Source of the DNA: a phage
Length of the DNA stretch: 64,000 bases
Sequence record: PZ452594.1
Direction: 5' to 3' (one strand)
Shown here: positions 1-10,984 of the stretch, in pieces
How positions within the stretch are numbered: position 1 is the stretch's first letter
Layout of the letters: every line of letters begins with the position of its first letter
Program-made: the position numbers and the translations under genes
The notes under the pieces: model-generated
The model's input: only the letters and a program-made list of their open reading frames with translations
Databases searched by the model: none
Told to the model about the DNA's origin: nothing

Positions 1-32
1 AATATATTAAAGCATATTAAAGAGGATTAAAA

Positions 33-2012
33 ATGACTTTATTATCTCCGGGCATTGAGCTCAAAGAAACTACGGTTCAAAGCACCGTGGTTAATAACTC
101 TACTGGTACAGCAGCTTTGGCCGGTAAATTCCAGTGGGGTCCTGCTTTTCAGATTAAACAGGTTACAAATGAAGTAGATTTAGTTAATACTTTTGGTCAA
201 CCAACAGCTGAAACTGCTGACTATTTTATGTCTGCGATGAATTTCTTGCAGTACGGAAATGACTTACGAGTAGTTCGTGCTGTTGATAGAGATACCGCTA
301 AAAATTCATCTCCGATTGCTGGTAATATTGAATACACAATTTCTACCCCAGGTAGTAACTATGCAGTTGGAGATAAAATCACGGTCAAATATGTTTCAGA
401 TGATATTGAAACTGAAGGTAAAATTACCGAAGTAGACGCAGATGGAAAAATTAAGAAAATTAATATTCCTACTGCAAAAATTATTGCTAAAGCTAAAGAA
501 GTTGGCGAATACCCAACATTAGGTTCTAACTGGACTGCAGAAATTTCTTCATCTTCTTCCGGTTTAGCTGCAGTAATAACTCTTGGAAAAATTATTACTG
601 ATTCCGGTATTTTATTAGCTGAAATCGAGAGCGCTGAAACTGCTATGACAGCAGTTGATTTTCAGGCAAATCTTGAAAAATATGGAATTCCAGGAGTAGT
701 AGCTCTCTATCCAGGCGAATTAGGCGATAAAATTGAAATTGAAATCGTATCTAAAGCTGACTATGCAAAAGGAGCTTCTGCATTACTCCCAATTTATCCA
801 GGTGGTGGTACTCGTGCATCTACTGCCAAAGCAGTGTTTGGATATGGGCCACAAACTGATTCACAGTACGCTATTATAGTTCGTCGTAATGATGCTATTG
901 TTCAAAGTGTTGTTCTTTCAACTAAGCGCGGTGAAAAAGATATTTACGATAGTAACATCTATATCGATGACTTTTTCGCAAAAGGTGGTTCAGAATATAT
1001 TTTTGCAACTGCACAAAACTGGCCAGAAGGCTTCTCTGGAATTTTAACTCTGTCTGGTGGATTATCATCAAATGCTGAAGTTACAGCAGGAGATTTGATG
1101 GAAGCTTGGGATTTCTTTGCTGATCGCGAATCTGTAGATGTTCAGCTTTTTATTGCTGGTTCTTGTGCCGGTGAATCTTTAGAAACAGCATCTACTGTCC
1201 AAAAACACGTCGTTTCAATTGGGGATGCTCGCCAAGATTGCTTAGTATTGTGCTCTCCTCCGCGTGAAACTGTAGTTGGAATTCCTGTAACTCGTGCTGT
1301 TGATAACTTAGTCAATTGGAGAACTGCAGCAGGTTCATACACTGATAATAACTTTAATATCAGTTCAACCTACGCAGCAATTGATGGTAACTACAAATAT
1401 CAGTATGACAAATATAATGATGTGAATCGTTGGGTTCCATTAGCAGCTGATATTGCTGGTTTATGCGCAAGAACTGATAACGTATCTCAGACTTGGATGT
1501 CTCCAGCTGGTTATAATCGTGGTCAGATTCTTAACGTTATTAAACTTGCTATTGAAACTCGCCAGGCTCAGCGCGACCGTTTATACCAAGAAGCTATCAA
1601 CCCGGTAACCGGTACAGGTGGTGATGGTTACGTATTGTATGGTGATAAAACAGCTACTTCTGTTCCTTCTCCATTTGATCGTATTAACGTTCGTCGTCTG
1701 TTTAATATGTTGAAAACGAATATCGGACGTAGTTCAAAATATCGTTTGTTCGAATTAAACAACGCGTTTACTCGTTCTTCATTCCGTACAGAAACTGCTC
1801 AGTACTTGCAAGGAATTAAAGCTCTTGGCGGAATTTATGAATATCGTGTAGTTTGCGATACAACAAATAATACTCCGTCAGTAATTGATAGAAATGAGTT
1901 TGTTGCAACATTCTACATCCAACCGGCTCGTAGTATAAATTATATCCAACTTAATTTCGTCGCAACTGCTACTGGTGCAGATTTTGATGAGTTAACTGGT
2001 CTTGCAGGTTAA
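33..2012 (+). CDS. 18: Tail sheath protein gp18 (659 aa)
   Basis: Full-length ORF; N-terminus MTLLSPGIELKETTVQ and length match T4 gp18; followed by tail tube gene. Confidence 0.97.
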   Translation: MTLLSPGIELKETTVQSTVVNNSTGTAALAGKFQWGPAFQIKQVTNEVDLVNTFGQPTAETADYFMSAMNFLQYGNDLRVVRAVDRDTAKNSSPIAGNIEYTISTPGSNYAVGDKITVKYVSDDIETEGKITEVDADGKIKKINIPTAKIIAKAKEVGEYPTLGSNWTAEISSSSSGLAAVITLGKIITDSGILLAEIESAETAMTAVDFQANLEKYGIPGVVALYPGELGDKIEIEIVSKADYAKGASALLPIYPGGGTRASTAKAVFGYGPQTDSQYAIIVRRNDAIVQSVVLSTKRGEKDIYDSNIYIDDFFAKGGSEYIFATAQNWPEGFSGILTLSGGLSSNAEVTAGDLMEAWDFFADRESVDVQLFIAGSCAGESLETASTVQKHVVSIGDARQDCLVLCSPPRETVVGIPVTRAVDNLVNWRTAAGSYTDNNFNISSTYAAIDGNYKYQYDKYNDVNRWVPLAADIAGLCARTDNVSQTWMSPAGYNRGQILNVIKLAIETRQAQRDRLYQEAINPVTGTGGDGYVLYGDKTATSVPSPFDRINVRRLFNMLKTNIGRSSKYRLFELNNAFTRSSFRTETAQYLQGIKALGGIYEYRVVCDTTNNTPSVIDRNEFVATFYIQPARSINYIQLNFVATATGADFDELTGLAG

Positions 2013-2028
2013 TACGGTGCATTCTAAA

Positions 2029-2046
2029 GGCCTGTTTCGGCAGGCC
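2029..2046 (+). terminator. UUCG-tetraloop hairpin after gene 18
   Basis: ggcctg(t) ttcg (g)caggcc, 17 nt after gene 18 stop. Confidence 0.5.
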
Positions 2047-2107
2047 ATATAAATACACTATATCCTTAATTCTTTAATTCTATATGCCCTAGGTTAAACA
2101 TAGGGGA

Positions 2108-2115
2108 TATAAATA
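2108..2115 (+). promoter_or_regulatory. Late promoter motif TATAAATA upstream of gene 19 (second copy at 2048-2055)
   Basis: Exact TATAAATA 15 nt before ATG 2130. Confidence 0.65.
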
Positions 2116-2129
2116 CTACAGAGGCTAAT

Positions 2130-2621
2130 ATGTTTGTAGATGATGTAACACGCGCGTTTGAATCAGGTGATTTTGCGCGACCTAACTTATTCCAAGTAGA
2201 AATTTCTTATCTTGGACAAAATTTTACGTTTCAATGTAAAGCCACTGCTTTACCAGCTGGTATTGTAGAAAAAATTCCAGTCGGATTTATGAACCGTAAA
2301 ATTAACGTAGCAGGTGATCGTACATTCGATGACTGGACTGTTACAGTAATGAACGATGAGGCACATGATGCTCGCCAGAAGTTCGTTGATTGGCAAAGCA
2401 TTGCTGCTGGTCAAGGAAACGAAATTACTGGTGGAAAACCTGCAGAGTATAAAAAGAGCGCTATCGTTCGTCAATATGCTCGTGACGCTAAAACAGTAAC
2501 AAAAGAAATTGAAATTAAAGGTCTGTGGCCTACTAACGTGGGTGAACTTCAATTAGATTGGGATTCAAACAATGAAATTCAAACCTTTGAAGTAACTCTT
2601 GCTCTCGATTATTGGGAATAA
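2130..2621 (+). CDS. 19: Tail tube protein gp19 (163 aa)
   Basis: 163-aa ORF at the T4 gp19 position and size; TATAAATA motif 15 nt upstream. Confidence 0.96.
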   Translation: MFVDDVTRAFESGDFARPNLFQVEISYLGQNFTFQCKATALPAGIVEKIPVGFMNRKINVAGDRTFDDWTVTVMNDEAHDARQKFVDWQSIAAGQGNEITGGKPAEYKKSAIVRQYARDAKTVTKEIEIKGLWPTNVGELQLDWDSNNEIQTFEVTLALDYWE

Positions 2622-2626
2622 AATGA

Positions 2627-2644
2627 ATGGGGAGAAATCCCCAT
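2627..2644 (+). terminator. GNRA-tetraloop hairpin after gene 19
   Basis: atgggga gaaa tccccat immediately after gene 19 stop; no strong U-run. Confidence 0.45.
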
Positions 2645-2653
2645 CCTGCTTAA

Positions 2654-4278
<1,625 letters not shown>

Positions 4279-4279
<1 letters not shown>

Positions 4280-4518
4280 TGGAAGGTTTAATTGAAGCTA
4301 TTAAATCAAACGACCTCGTAGCCGCTCGTAAATTATTTGCTGAAGCCATGGCTGCAAGAACGACTGATTTAATCAAAGAAGAAAAAATCACTATCGCTCG
4401 TAATTTCTTAATCGAGGGTGAAGAACCTGATGACGAGGATGAAGATGACGACGACGATAATGATGATAAAGACGACAAAAAAGACAAAGACTCTGACGAA
4501 GACGAGGATGATGAATAA
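4279..4518 (+). CDS. 67: Prohead core protein gp67, poly-acidic C-terminus
   Basis: 79-aa ORF between portal and gene 68; C-terminal run of D/E ([19 protein letters not shown]...); start overlaps gene 20 stop. Confidence 0.85.
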
Positions 4519-4943
4519 TGATTCTAATCCCTGAAACTCATGAATTAGTTCTCGAGAATGTCGAAGCACTTATTCCTGAAGCACAGGGTCGCTTTGACGA
4601 GTTGTCTTCTGCTTTAAATAAAGACGATATAAATAAAATTATCGAGAATATGCTTGATGATGAAACTGATTTAGCGGTTGCATTAGCTTCTATTAATGAA
4701 AATATGCCGTTAAATGAATTTATCGTTAAACATGTTTCTGCCCGTGGTGAAATTACTCGCACTAAAGATCGCAAAACCCGCGAACGTAATGCATTTCAAA
4801 CTACCGGGTTGTCTAAAGCAAAACGTAGACAAATTGCTCGTAAAGCTACCAAAACGAAGATTGCCAATCCAGCAGGTCAATCTCGTGCTCAGCGTAAGCG
4901 TAAAAAAGCTCTTAAACGCCGTAAAGCATTAGGATTAAGCTAA
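4518..4943 (+). CDS. 68: Prohead core protein gp68 (141 aa)
   Basis: 141-aa ORF, basic C-terminus, position between 67 and 21 as in T4. Confidence 0.85.
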   Translation: MILIPETHELVLENVEALIPEAQGRFDELSSALNKDDINKIIENMLDDETDLAVALASINENMPLNEFIVKHVSARGEITRTKDRKTRERNAFQTTGLSKAKRRQIARKATKTKIANPAGQSRAQRKRKKALKRRKALGLS

Positions 4944-5581
4944 TGAATGAACCCCAATTGCTAATTGAAACTTGGGGTCAACCTGGCGAAATTATTGATG
5001 GCGTGCCAATGCTTGAATCCCATGATGGGAAAGACTTAGGTTTAAAACCTGGTTTATACATCGAAGGAATATTCATGCAAGCAGAAGTCGTCAATAGAAA
5101 TAAACGTCTTTATCCAAAACGTATATTAGAAAAAGCGGTAAAAGACTATATTAATGAGCAAGTTTTAACTAAACAAGCTCTCGGAGAATTAAATCATCCT
5201 CCACGCGCTAATGTTGACCCGATGCAAGCCGCTATCATTATAGAAGATATGTGGTGGAAAGGAAATGACGTATACGGACGAGCTCGTGTTATTGAAGGTG
5301 ACCATGGTCCTGGAGATAAATTAGCAGCTAATATTCGTGCCGGATGGATTCCAGGAGTTTCTTCTCGTGGATTAGGTTCATTGACTGACACAAATAAAGG
5401 TTATCGTATCGTAAACGAAGGATTCAAATTAACTGTAGGTGTTGATGCAGTATGGGGTCCAAGTGCTCCAGATGCATGGGTAACTCCTAAGGAAATTACC
5501 GAATCACAGACGGCGGAAGCCGATACAAGTGCCGATGACGCCTATATGGCTCTCGCAGAGGCCATGAAAAAAGCGTTATAA
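4943..5581 (+). CDS. 21: Prohead core scaffold protein and maturation protease gp21 (212 aa)
   Basis: 212-aa ORF, N-terminus [14 protein letters not shown], conserved position upstream of 22/23. Confidence 0.95.
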   Translation: MNEPQLLIETWGQPGEIIDGVPMLESHDGKDLGLKPGLYIEGIFMQAEVVNRNKRLYPKRILEKAVKDYINEQVLTKQALGELNHPPRANVDPMQAAIIIEDMWWKGNDVYGRARVIEGDHGPGDKLAANIRAGWIPGVSSRGLGSLTDTNKGYRIVNEGFKLTVGVDAVWGPSAPDAWVTPKEITESQTAEADTSADDAYMALAEAMKKAL

Positions 5582-5611
5582 ATATTATTATCTAAACAAC
5601 AGGACTACAAA

Positions 5612-6421
5612 ATGCTTAAAGAACAACTGATTGCCGAAGCGCAGAAAATTGATGCTTCCGTTGCTCTTGATAGTATTTTCGAATCAGTTAATATTTCTCC
5701 GGAAGCAAAAGAAACTTTCGGCACTGTATTCGAAGCTACCGTCAAGCAGCACGCCGTTAAATTAGCTGAATCTCATATCGCTAAAATTGCTGAAAAAGCA
5801 GAAGAAGAAGTAGAAAAAAATAAAGAAGAAGCAGAAGAAAAAGCTGAGAAGAAAATCGCTGAGCAAGCTTCTAAATTCCTTGACCATCTTGCAAAAGAAT
5901 GGCTCACTGAAAATAAATTAGCAGTAGATAAAGGTATCAAAGCCGAACTGTTTGAATCCATGCTTGGTGGATTGAAAGAGCTCTTCGTTGAACACAACGT
6001 TGTTGTTCCAGAAGAATCAGTTGATGTTGTAGCTGAAATGGAAGAAGAGCTGCAAGAACATAAAGAAGAATCAGCTCGTCTGTTCGAAGAACTCAATAAG
6101 CGTGACGCATATATCAATTATGTGCAGCGTGAAGTGGCATTGAGCGAAAGTACTAAAGATCTGACTGAGTCTCAAAAAGAAAAAGTCTCTGCTCTGGTCG
6201 AAGGTATTGATTATTCAGATGCATTCTCAAGCAAATTGAGTGCCATCGTAGAAATGGTGAAGAAATCTAATAAAGATGAAAGCACTATTACTGAGAGTAT
6301 AAATACTCCTGATACTGAAGCAGCCGGACTGAATTTCGTCACTGAAGCTGTAGAAGATAAATCTGCACAAGGTGCAGAAGATATTGTAAGTGTATATGCG
6401 AAAGTCGCATCTCGTTTCTAA
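5612..6421 (+). CDS. 22: Prohead scaffolding core protein gp22 (269 aa)
   Basis: 269-aa highly acidic, coiled-coil-rich ORF directly upstream of the major capsid gene. Confidence 0.95.
   Translation: MLKEQLIAEAQKIDASVALDSIFESVNISPEAKETFGTVFEATVKQHAVKLAESHIAKIAEKAEEEVEKNKEEAEEKAEKKIAEQASKFLDHLAKEWLTENKLAVDKGIKAELFESMLGGLKELFVEHNVVVPEESVDVVAEMEEELQEHKEESARLFEELNKRDAYINYVQREVALSESTKDLTESQKEKVSALVEGIDYSDAFSSKLSAIVEMVKKSNKDESTITESINTPDTEAAGLNFVTEAVEDKSAQGAEDIVSVYAKVASRF
6298..6305 (+). promoter_or_regulatory. Late promoter motif for gene 23, inside 3-prime end of gene 22
   Basis: Exact TATAAATA 135 nt upstream of gene 23 ATG. Confidence 0.6.
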
Positions 6422-6439
6422 TTTTAAAGGTTAACACAA

Positions 6440-8005
6440 ATGACTATCAAAACTAAAGCTGAACTTTTGAACAAATGGAAGCCATTACTGGAAGGTGAAG
6501 GTTTACCGGAAATTGCTAATAGCAAACAAGCGATTATCGCTAAAATCTTTGAAAACCAGGAAAAAGATTTCCAGACAGCTCCGGAATATAAAGACGAAAA
6601 AATTGCTCAGGCATTCGGTTCTTTCTTAACAGAAGCTGAAATCGGCGGTGACCATGGTTACAATGCTACTAACATCGCTGCAGGTCAGACTTCTGGCGCA
6701 GTAACCCAGATTGGCCCAGCTGTTATGGGTATGGTACGTCGTGCTATTCCTAACCTGATTGCTTTCGATATTTGTGGTGTTCAGCCGATGAACAGCCCGA
6801 CTGGTCAGGTATTCGCACTGCGCGCAGTATACGGTAAAGACCCAATCGCTTCCGGTGCTAAAGAAGCATTCCACCCAATGTATGGTCCAGATGCAATGTT
6901 CTCTGGTCAGGGTGCTGCTAAGAAATTCCCAGCTCTGGCTGTTAGCACACAAACCACAGCAGGTGATATCTATACTCACTTCTTCCAGGAAACTGGTACT
7001 GTATATCTGCAAGCTTCTGTTCAAGTAACAATCGATGCTGGTGCGACTGATGCTGCTAAATTAGATGCTGAAATTAAGAAACAAATGGAAGCTGGTGCAC
7101 TGGTAGAAATCGCTGAAGGTATGGCTACTTCTATCGCTGAACTTCAGGAAGGTTTCAATGGTTCTACCGATAACCCATGGAATGAAATGGGCTTCCGTAT
7201 CGATAAGCAAGTTATCGAAGCTAAATCTCGTCAGCTGAAAGCTGCTTACTCTATTGAATTAGCACAAGACCTCCGCGCTGTTCACGGTATGGATGCTGAT
7301 GCTGAACTGTCTGGTATTCTGGCTACAGAAATTATGCTGGAAATCAACCGTGAAGTTGTTGATTGGATTAACTACTCAGCTCAGGTTGGTAAATCTGGTA
7401 TGACCCTGACTCCGGGTTCTAAAGCTGGTGTATTTGACTTCCAGGACCCAATCGATATTCGTGGTGCTCGCTGGGCGGGTGAATCCTTTAAAGCTCTGTT
7501 GTTCCAGATTGACAAAGAAGCAGTTGAAATTGCTCGTCAGACTGGTCGTGGTGAAGGTAACTTCATTATCGCTTCCCGTAACGTAGTTAACGTTCTGGCT
7601 TCAGTTGATACTGGCATTTCTTATGCTGCACAGGGTCTGGCTACCGGCTTTAACACTGATACTACCAAGTCAGTATTTGCTGGTGTTCTGGGTGGTAAAT
7701 ACCGCGTATATATCGACCAGTATGCTAAACAGGATTATTTCACTGTAGGTTATAAAGGTCCGAACGAAATGGATGCTGGTATTTACTATGCTCCATATGT
7801 AGCTCTGACTCCGCTGCGTGGTTCCGATCCGAAGAACTTCCAACCGGTAATGGGATTCAAAACTCGTTACGGTATCGGTATCAACCCATTTGCAGAATCC
7901 GCTGCTCAGGCTCCGGCTTCTCGCATCCAGAGCGGTATGCCTTCTATTCTGAATAGCCTTGGTAAAAACGCTTACTTCCGCCGTGTATATGTTAAAGGTA
8001 TCTAA
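6440..8005 (+). CDS. 23: Major capsid protein gp23 (521 aa)
   Basis: 521-aa ORF, N-terminus MTIKTKAELLNKWKPLLEGEG typical of T4 gp23; followed by strong terminator hairpin. Confidence 0.98.
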   Translation: MTIKTKAELLNKWKPLLEGEGLPEIANSKQAIIAKIFENQEKDFQTAPEYKDEKIAQAFGSFLTEAEIGGDHGYNATNIAAGQTSGAVTQIGPAVMGMVRRAIPNLIAFDICGVQPMNSPTGQVFALRAVYGKDPIASGAKEAFHPMYGPDAMFSGQGAAKKFPALAVSTQTTAGDIYTHFFQETGTVYLQASVQVTIDAGATDAAKLDAEIKKQMEAGALVEIAEGMATSIAELQEGFNGSTDNPWNEMGFRIDKQVIEAKSRQLKAAYSIELAQDLRAVHGMDADAELSGILATEIMLEINREVVDWINYSAQVGKSGMTLTPGSKAGVFDFQDPIDIRGARWAGESFKALLFQIDKEAVEIARQTGRGEGNFIIASRNVVNVLASVDTGISYAAQGLATGFNTDTTKSVFAGVLGGKYRVYIDQYAKQDYFTVGYKGPNEMDAGIYYAPYVALTPLRGSDPKNFQPVMGFKTRYGIGINPFAESAAQAPASRIQSGMPSILNSLGKNAYFRRVYVKGI

Positions 8006-8018
8006 TCTTTGACGATTT

Positions 8019-8038
8019 AAGGGACCTTCGGGTCCCTT
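8019..8038 (+). terminator. Rho-independent terminator after gene 23
   Basis: aagggacc ttcg ggtccctt followed by T-rich tract. Confidence 0.7.
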
Positions 8039-8053
8039 TAGTTGTTTTTATGG

Positions 8054-8061
8054 TATAAATA
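8054..8061 (+). promoter_or_regulatory. Late promoter motif upstream of gene 24
   Basis: Exact TATAAATA 28 nt before ATG 8089, just after the gene 23 terminator. Confidence 0.65.
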
Positions 8062-8088
8062 AATCATATAAACCAAAAGGAAAGCGCA

Positions 8089-9372
8089 ATGGCTAAAATC
8101 AACGAACTTCTGCGCGAATCAACCACAACGAATAGCAACTCAATCGGTCGCCCAAATCTCGTTGCTTTGACTCGCGCTACCACTAAATTAATATATTCTG
8201 ACATTGTAGCAACGCAAAGAACTAATCAACCTGTTGCTGCTTTTTATGGTATCAAATACCTTAACCCAGACAATGAATTTACATTTAAAACTGGTGCTAC
8301 TTACGCTGGCGAAGCCGGGTATGTAGACCGAGAACAAATCACAGAATTAACAGAAGAGTCTAAATTAACTCTCAATAAAGGCGATTTATTCAAATATAAT
8401 AATATCGTTTATAAAGTATTAGAAGATACACCATTTGCTGATATTGAAGAAAGCGACTTAGAGTTAGCTCTTCAGATTGCAATTGTTCTTTTAAAGGTTC
8501 GTCTATTTTCTGATGCAGCATCAACAAGCAAATTTGAAAGCTCTGATAGCGAAATTGCAGATGCTAGATTCCAGATTAATAAATGGCAAACCGCAGTTAA
8601 ATCTCGCAAACTTAAAACTGGTATCACAGTTGAATTAGCGCAAGATTTAGAAGCAAATGGATTCGATGCTCCTAATTTCTTGGAAGATTTGCTTGCAACT
8701 GAAATGGCAGATGAAATCAATAAAGACATTCTGCAGTCTTTGATTACAGTATCAAAACGCTATAAAGTTACAGGAATTACTGATAGTGGATTCATCGATT
8801 TGAGTTATGCATCTGCTCCTGAAGCGGGTCGTTCATTATATCGAATGGTATGTGAAATGGTTTCGCATATTCAAAAAGAATCAACTTATACAGCAACGTT
8901 CTGTGTTGCTTCAGCTCGTGCTGCTGCGATTCTTGCTGCATCAGGTTGGTTAAAACATAAACCAGAAGATGATAAATATCTTTCACAAAATGCCTACGGG
9001 TTCTTAGCTAATGGTTTACCGCTTTATTGCGATACTAACAGCCCATTAGACTATGTAATCGTGGGTGTAGTAGAAAATATCGGTGAAAAAGAAATTGTTG
9101 GATCAATTTTCTATGCTCCGTATACAGAAGGTCTTGACTTAGATGACCCTGAACATGTAGGTGCATTTAAAGTTGTAGTTGACCCAGAAAGTTTGCAGCC
9201 ATCTATCGGTTTATTAGTTAGATATGCTTTATCTGCAAATCCTTACACTGTAGCAAAAGATGAAAAAGAAGCAAGAATAATTGACGGTGGAGACATGGAT
9301 AAAATGGCAGGTCGTTCAGATTTGTCTGTTTTATTAGGTGTTAAGCTACCAAAAATTATCATTGATGAATAA
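8089..9372 (+). CDS. 24: Capsid vertex protein gp24 (427 aa)
   Basis: 427-aa ORF following gene 23; TATAAATA 28 nt upstream of ATG. Confidence 0.95.
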   Translation: MAKINELLRESTTTNSNSIGRPNLVALTRATTKLIYSDIVATQRTNQPVAAFYGIKYLNPDNEFTFKTGATYAGEAGYVDREQITELTEESKLTLNKGDLFKYNNIVYKVLEDTPFADIEESDLELALQIAIVLLKVRLFSDAASTSKFESSDSEIADARFQINKWQTAVKSRKLKTGITVELAQDLEANGFDAPNFLEDLLATEMADEINKDILQSLITVSKRYKVTGITDSGFIDLSYASAPEAGRSLYRMVCEMVSHIQKESTYTATFCVASARAAAILAASGWLKHKPEDDKYLSQNAYGFLANGLPLYCDTNSPLDYVIVGVVENIGEKEIVGSIFYAPYTEGLDLDDPEHVGAFKVVVDPESLQPSIGLLVRYALSANPYTVAKDEKEARIIDGGDMDKMAGRSDLSVLLGVKLPKIIIDE

Positions 9373-9375
9373 AAC

Positions 9376-9397
9376 AAAGGGACCGAAAGGTCCCTTT
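9376..9397. terminator. Bidirectional terminator between convergent genes 24 and rnlB
   Basis: aaagggacc gaaa ggtcccttt with T-run on plus and A-run upstream (T-run for minus strand). Confidence 0.7.
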
Positions 9398-9401
9398 TTA
9401 T

Positions 9402-10406
9402 TTAACTTACCAATTCAATCCAAGCCGGACGAAGTACATCTTGTACCATTTTAACTAATTCCTTTTTAATCAAAGAAGGATTATCGGCTTGAGTTAAAGT
9501 AATACCTTCACGAGAAGTTTCTTCCAAAATATCTTGAACAGTTAGCCCCATCACCTTTCCAAAATCCTTTGGACCAATTTCGCCAATTTTAGAAATAACG
9601 TTATTTACCCGGTTCAGTGTAACGTAACAAGCTAAAATTCCCACCAATTTGTTATCAGCTTCTGATAGTTCAACTTTAGCTTTAATAGGCTTATCAGACT
9701 TTTTCTTTTCACTAAATTTGGAATTCTTGCATTTAATCGCTACACGATTGCGATTAGGCAGCCAAGAAGGATAACAAGGTTTCAATACATATCCTTCAGC
9801 GGTAAATACTTCGCCTTTTGCTTCGGCATTCCAAACGCATTTATTTGCATCAACTAATCCAGCATGGTCTACTGTAAAATTATAATCTTGGACAACAGAA
9901 TCTAAATCATTTGGCAATTTAATAAGCTCTTCAAATTTACCGCGACCTAAAAGTGGAGCCATTTTAAATTTAAATGTATTGCAGAATGATTCCATCATAT
10001 AATCGTCGACATAAGTCACATCGCCACTTTCTGTAGTGACAATAATGTCAAATACATAAAAATCTTTATCACCATAATCGACATTCTTCTGAATGCCAGG
10101 TCCAGCGAATTCGCCAAAGACTTGATAAGATACAACCGCTGAGGTTTCCATAATATCTTGTACTGCTTTAATGGAATCAGCGTAATTCTTTAAAATAATT
10201 TCATACCCAAAGAAATCTTCAGCAGGAAGAATCGGTCCAGTACGTTTAGCGCAAGTTACTTTATCACGCTCAATAATCAATGAGAAATTTGTGCCGTGAA
10301 TCTTTTCACGAGCTACCCATTCGCCGCCAGTCAATCCTAAGCTATAAAGTTTTTCAATAAATTTAGAGTTGTAATGATTTTCAAGACTGCTATACTTTTT
10401 AAACAT
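9402..10406 (-). CDS. rnlB: RNA ligase 2 (Rnl2, 334 aa)
   Basis: 334 aa; nucleotidyltransferase motif I KIHGTN near the N-terminus; matches T4 Rnl2 length and N-terminus [16 protein letters not shown]. Confidence 0.94.
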   Translation of the reverse strand: MFKKYSSLENHYNSKFIEKLYSLGLTGGEWVAREKIHGTNFSLIIERDKVTCAKRTGPILPAEDFFGYEIILKNYADSIKAVQDIMETSAVVSYQVFGEFAGPGIQKNVDYGDKDFYVFDIIVTTESGDVTYVDDYMMESFCNTFKFKMAPLLGRGKFEELIKLPNDLDSVVQDYNFTVDHAGLVDANKCVWNAEAKGEVFTAEGYVLKPCYPSWLPNRNRVAIKCKNSKFSEKKKSDKPIKAKVELSEADNKLVGILACYVTLNRVNNVISKIGEIGPKDFGKVMGLTVQDILEETSREGITLTQADNPSLIKKELVKMVQDVLRPAWIELVS

Positions 10407-10415
10407 AATTAATCC

Positions 10416-10694
10416 TCAAAATGTAATTTCTAACCAATCACCATCACGCTGATCACTATTAACTTTAAAGCTGAATCCTTCTTTTCTCAGCCAATCACCA
10501 ATTTCTTCAGTAATCAATTTATCACGAGCAATACAATAATAATTAAAATGTGTTTTACCTTGTTCAGCTGCTTTATTAGCAAGTTCCGAAAAATCTTTAA
10601 TAAAACACTCTAGCTTAAACTGTTTACTTTTAAGTGCTTTTTCGCGCAATTGATTAGCAAAAGATTCATTTTCATAAAGATCATACTGTTCCAT
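10416..10694 (-). CDS. Hypothetical protein (92 aa; positional equivalent of T4 24.2)
   Basis: ORF with ATG start, tightly packed between rnlB and the next small ORF. Confidence 0.6.
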   Translation of the reverse strand: MEQYDLYENESFANQLREKALKSKQFKLECFIKDFSELANKAAEQGKTHFNYYCIARDKLITEEIGDWLRKEGFSFKVNSDQRDGDWLEITF

Positions 10695-10896
10695 TTTTCA
10701 CCTTTTTATTGATATGTCTTTTTCTATAGACAACTTTTTCTCGAGTTTCAAATTTATTCTTAGCAGTCATAGCTCGAGCCCATAATACAGCCACTTCTTT
10801 TGCCTGTAAGTTTAATTCACGAGCAATTTCAATGAATGGCTTTCCAGACTCATGAAGAGTAAACACCACAACCTCAGTTCTCATAATCAATCTCAT
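10681..10896 (-). CDS. Small HTH protein resembling sigma-70 family region 4 (71 aa; positional equivalent of T4 24.3)
   Basis: Segment VVVFTLHESGKPFIEIARELNLQAKEVAVLWARA follows the pattern of ECF-sigma region 4.2 HTH (F.L...G...EIA.EL.......V...L.RA); basic C-terminal tail. Confidence 0.6.
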   Translation of the reverse strand: MRLIMRTEVVVFTLHESGKPFIEIARELNLQAKEVAVLWARAMTAKNKFETREKVVYRKRHINKKVKNGTV

Positions 10897-10964
10897 GTTA
10901 TCGAGTTGGTGCCATTATATACATCATTTTCTGATTGTGTTTTGTGTGCTTTCAAAATGAAGAA

Positions 10965-10980
10965 AGGGGCCGAAGCCCCT
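10965..10980 (-). terminator. UUCG-tetraloop hairpin 3-prime of hoc
   Basis: aggggc cgaa gcccct (UUCG on minus-strand RNA) 5 nt after hoc stop. Confidence 0.5.
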
Positions 10981-10984
10981 ATGA

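Noticed and set aside
1-32. Possible 3-prime end of the upstream gene (gene 17 in T4 order) at the window start
   Set aside because: Only 32 nt are available, too little to support any call.
6626-7024. Antisense ORF inside the major capsid gene (similar cases at 5773-6117, 8472-8729, 52912-53154, 58552-59087, 60051-60695)
   Set aside because: Completely embedded in highly conserved structural genes on the opposite strand, with no RBS or promoter signal; chance open frames.
10897-10964. Plus-strand TGCTTTCA resembling a MotA box upstream of the hoc region
   Set aside because: It is on the wrong strand for the neighbouring minus-strand genes and lacks a correctly spaced -10 element.
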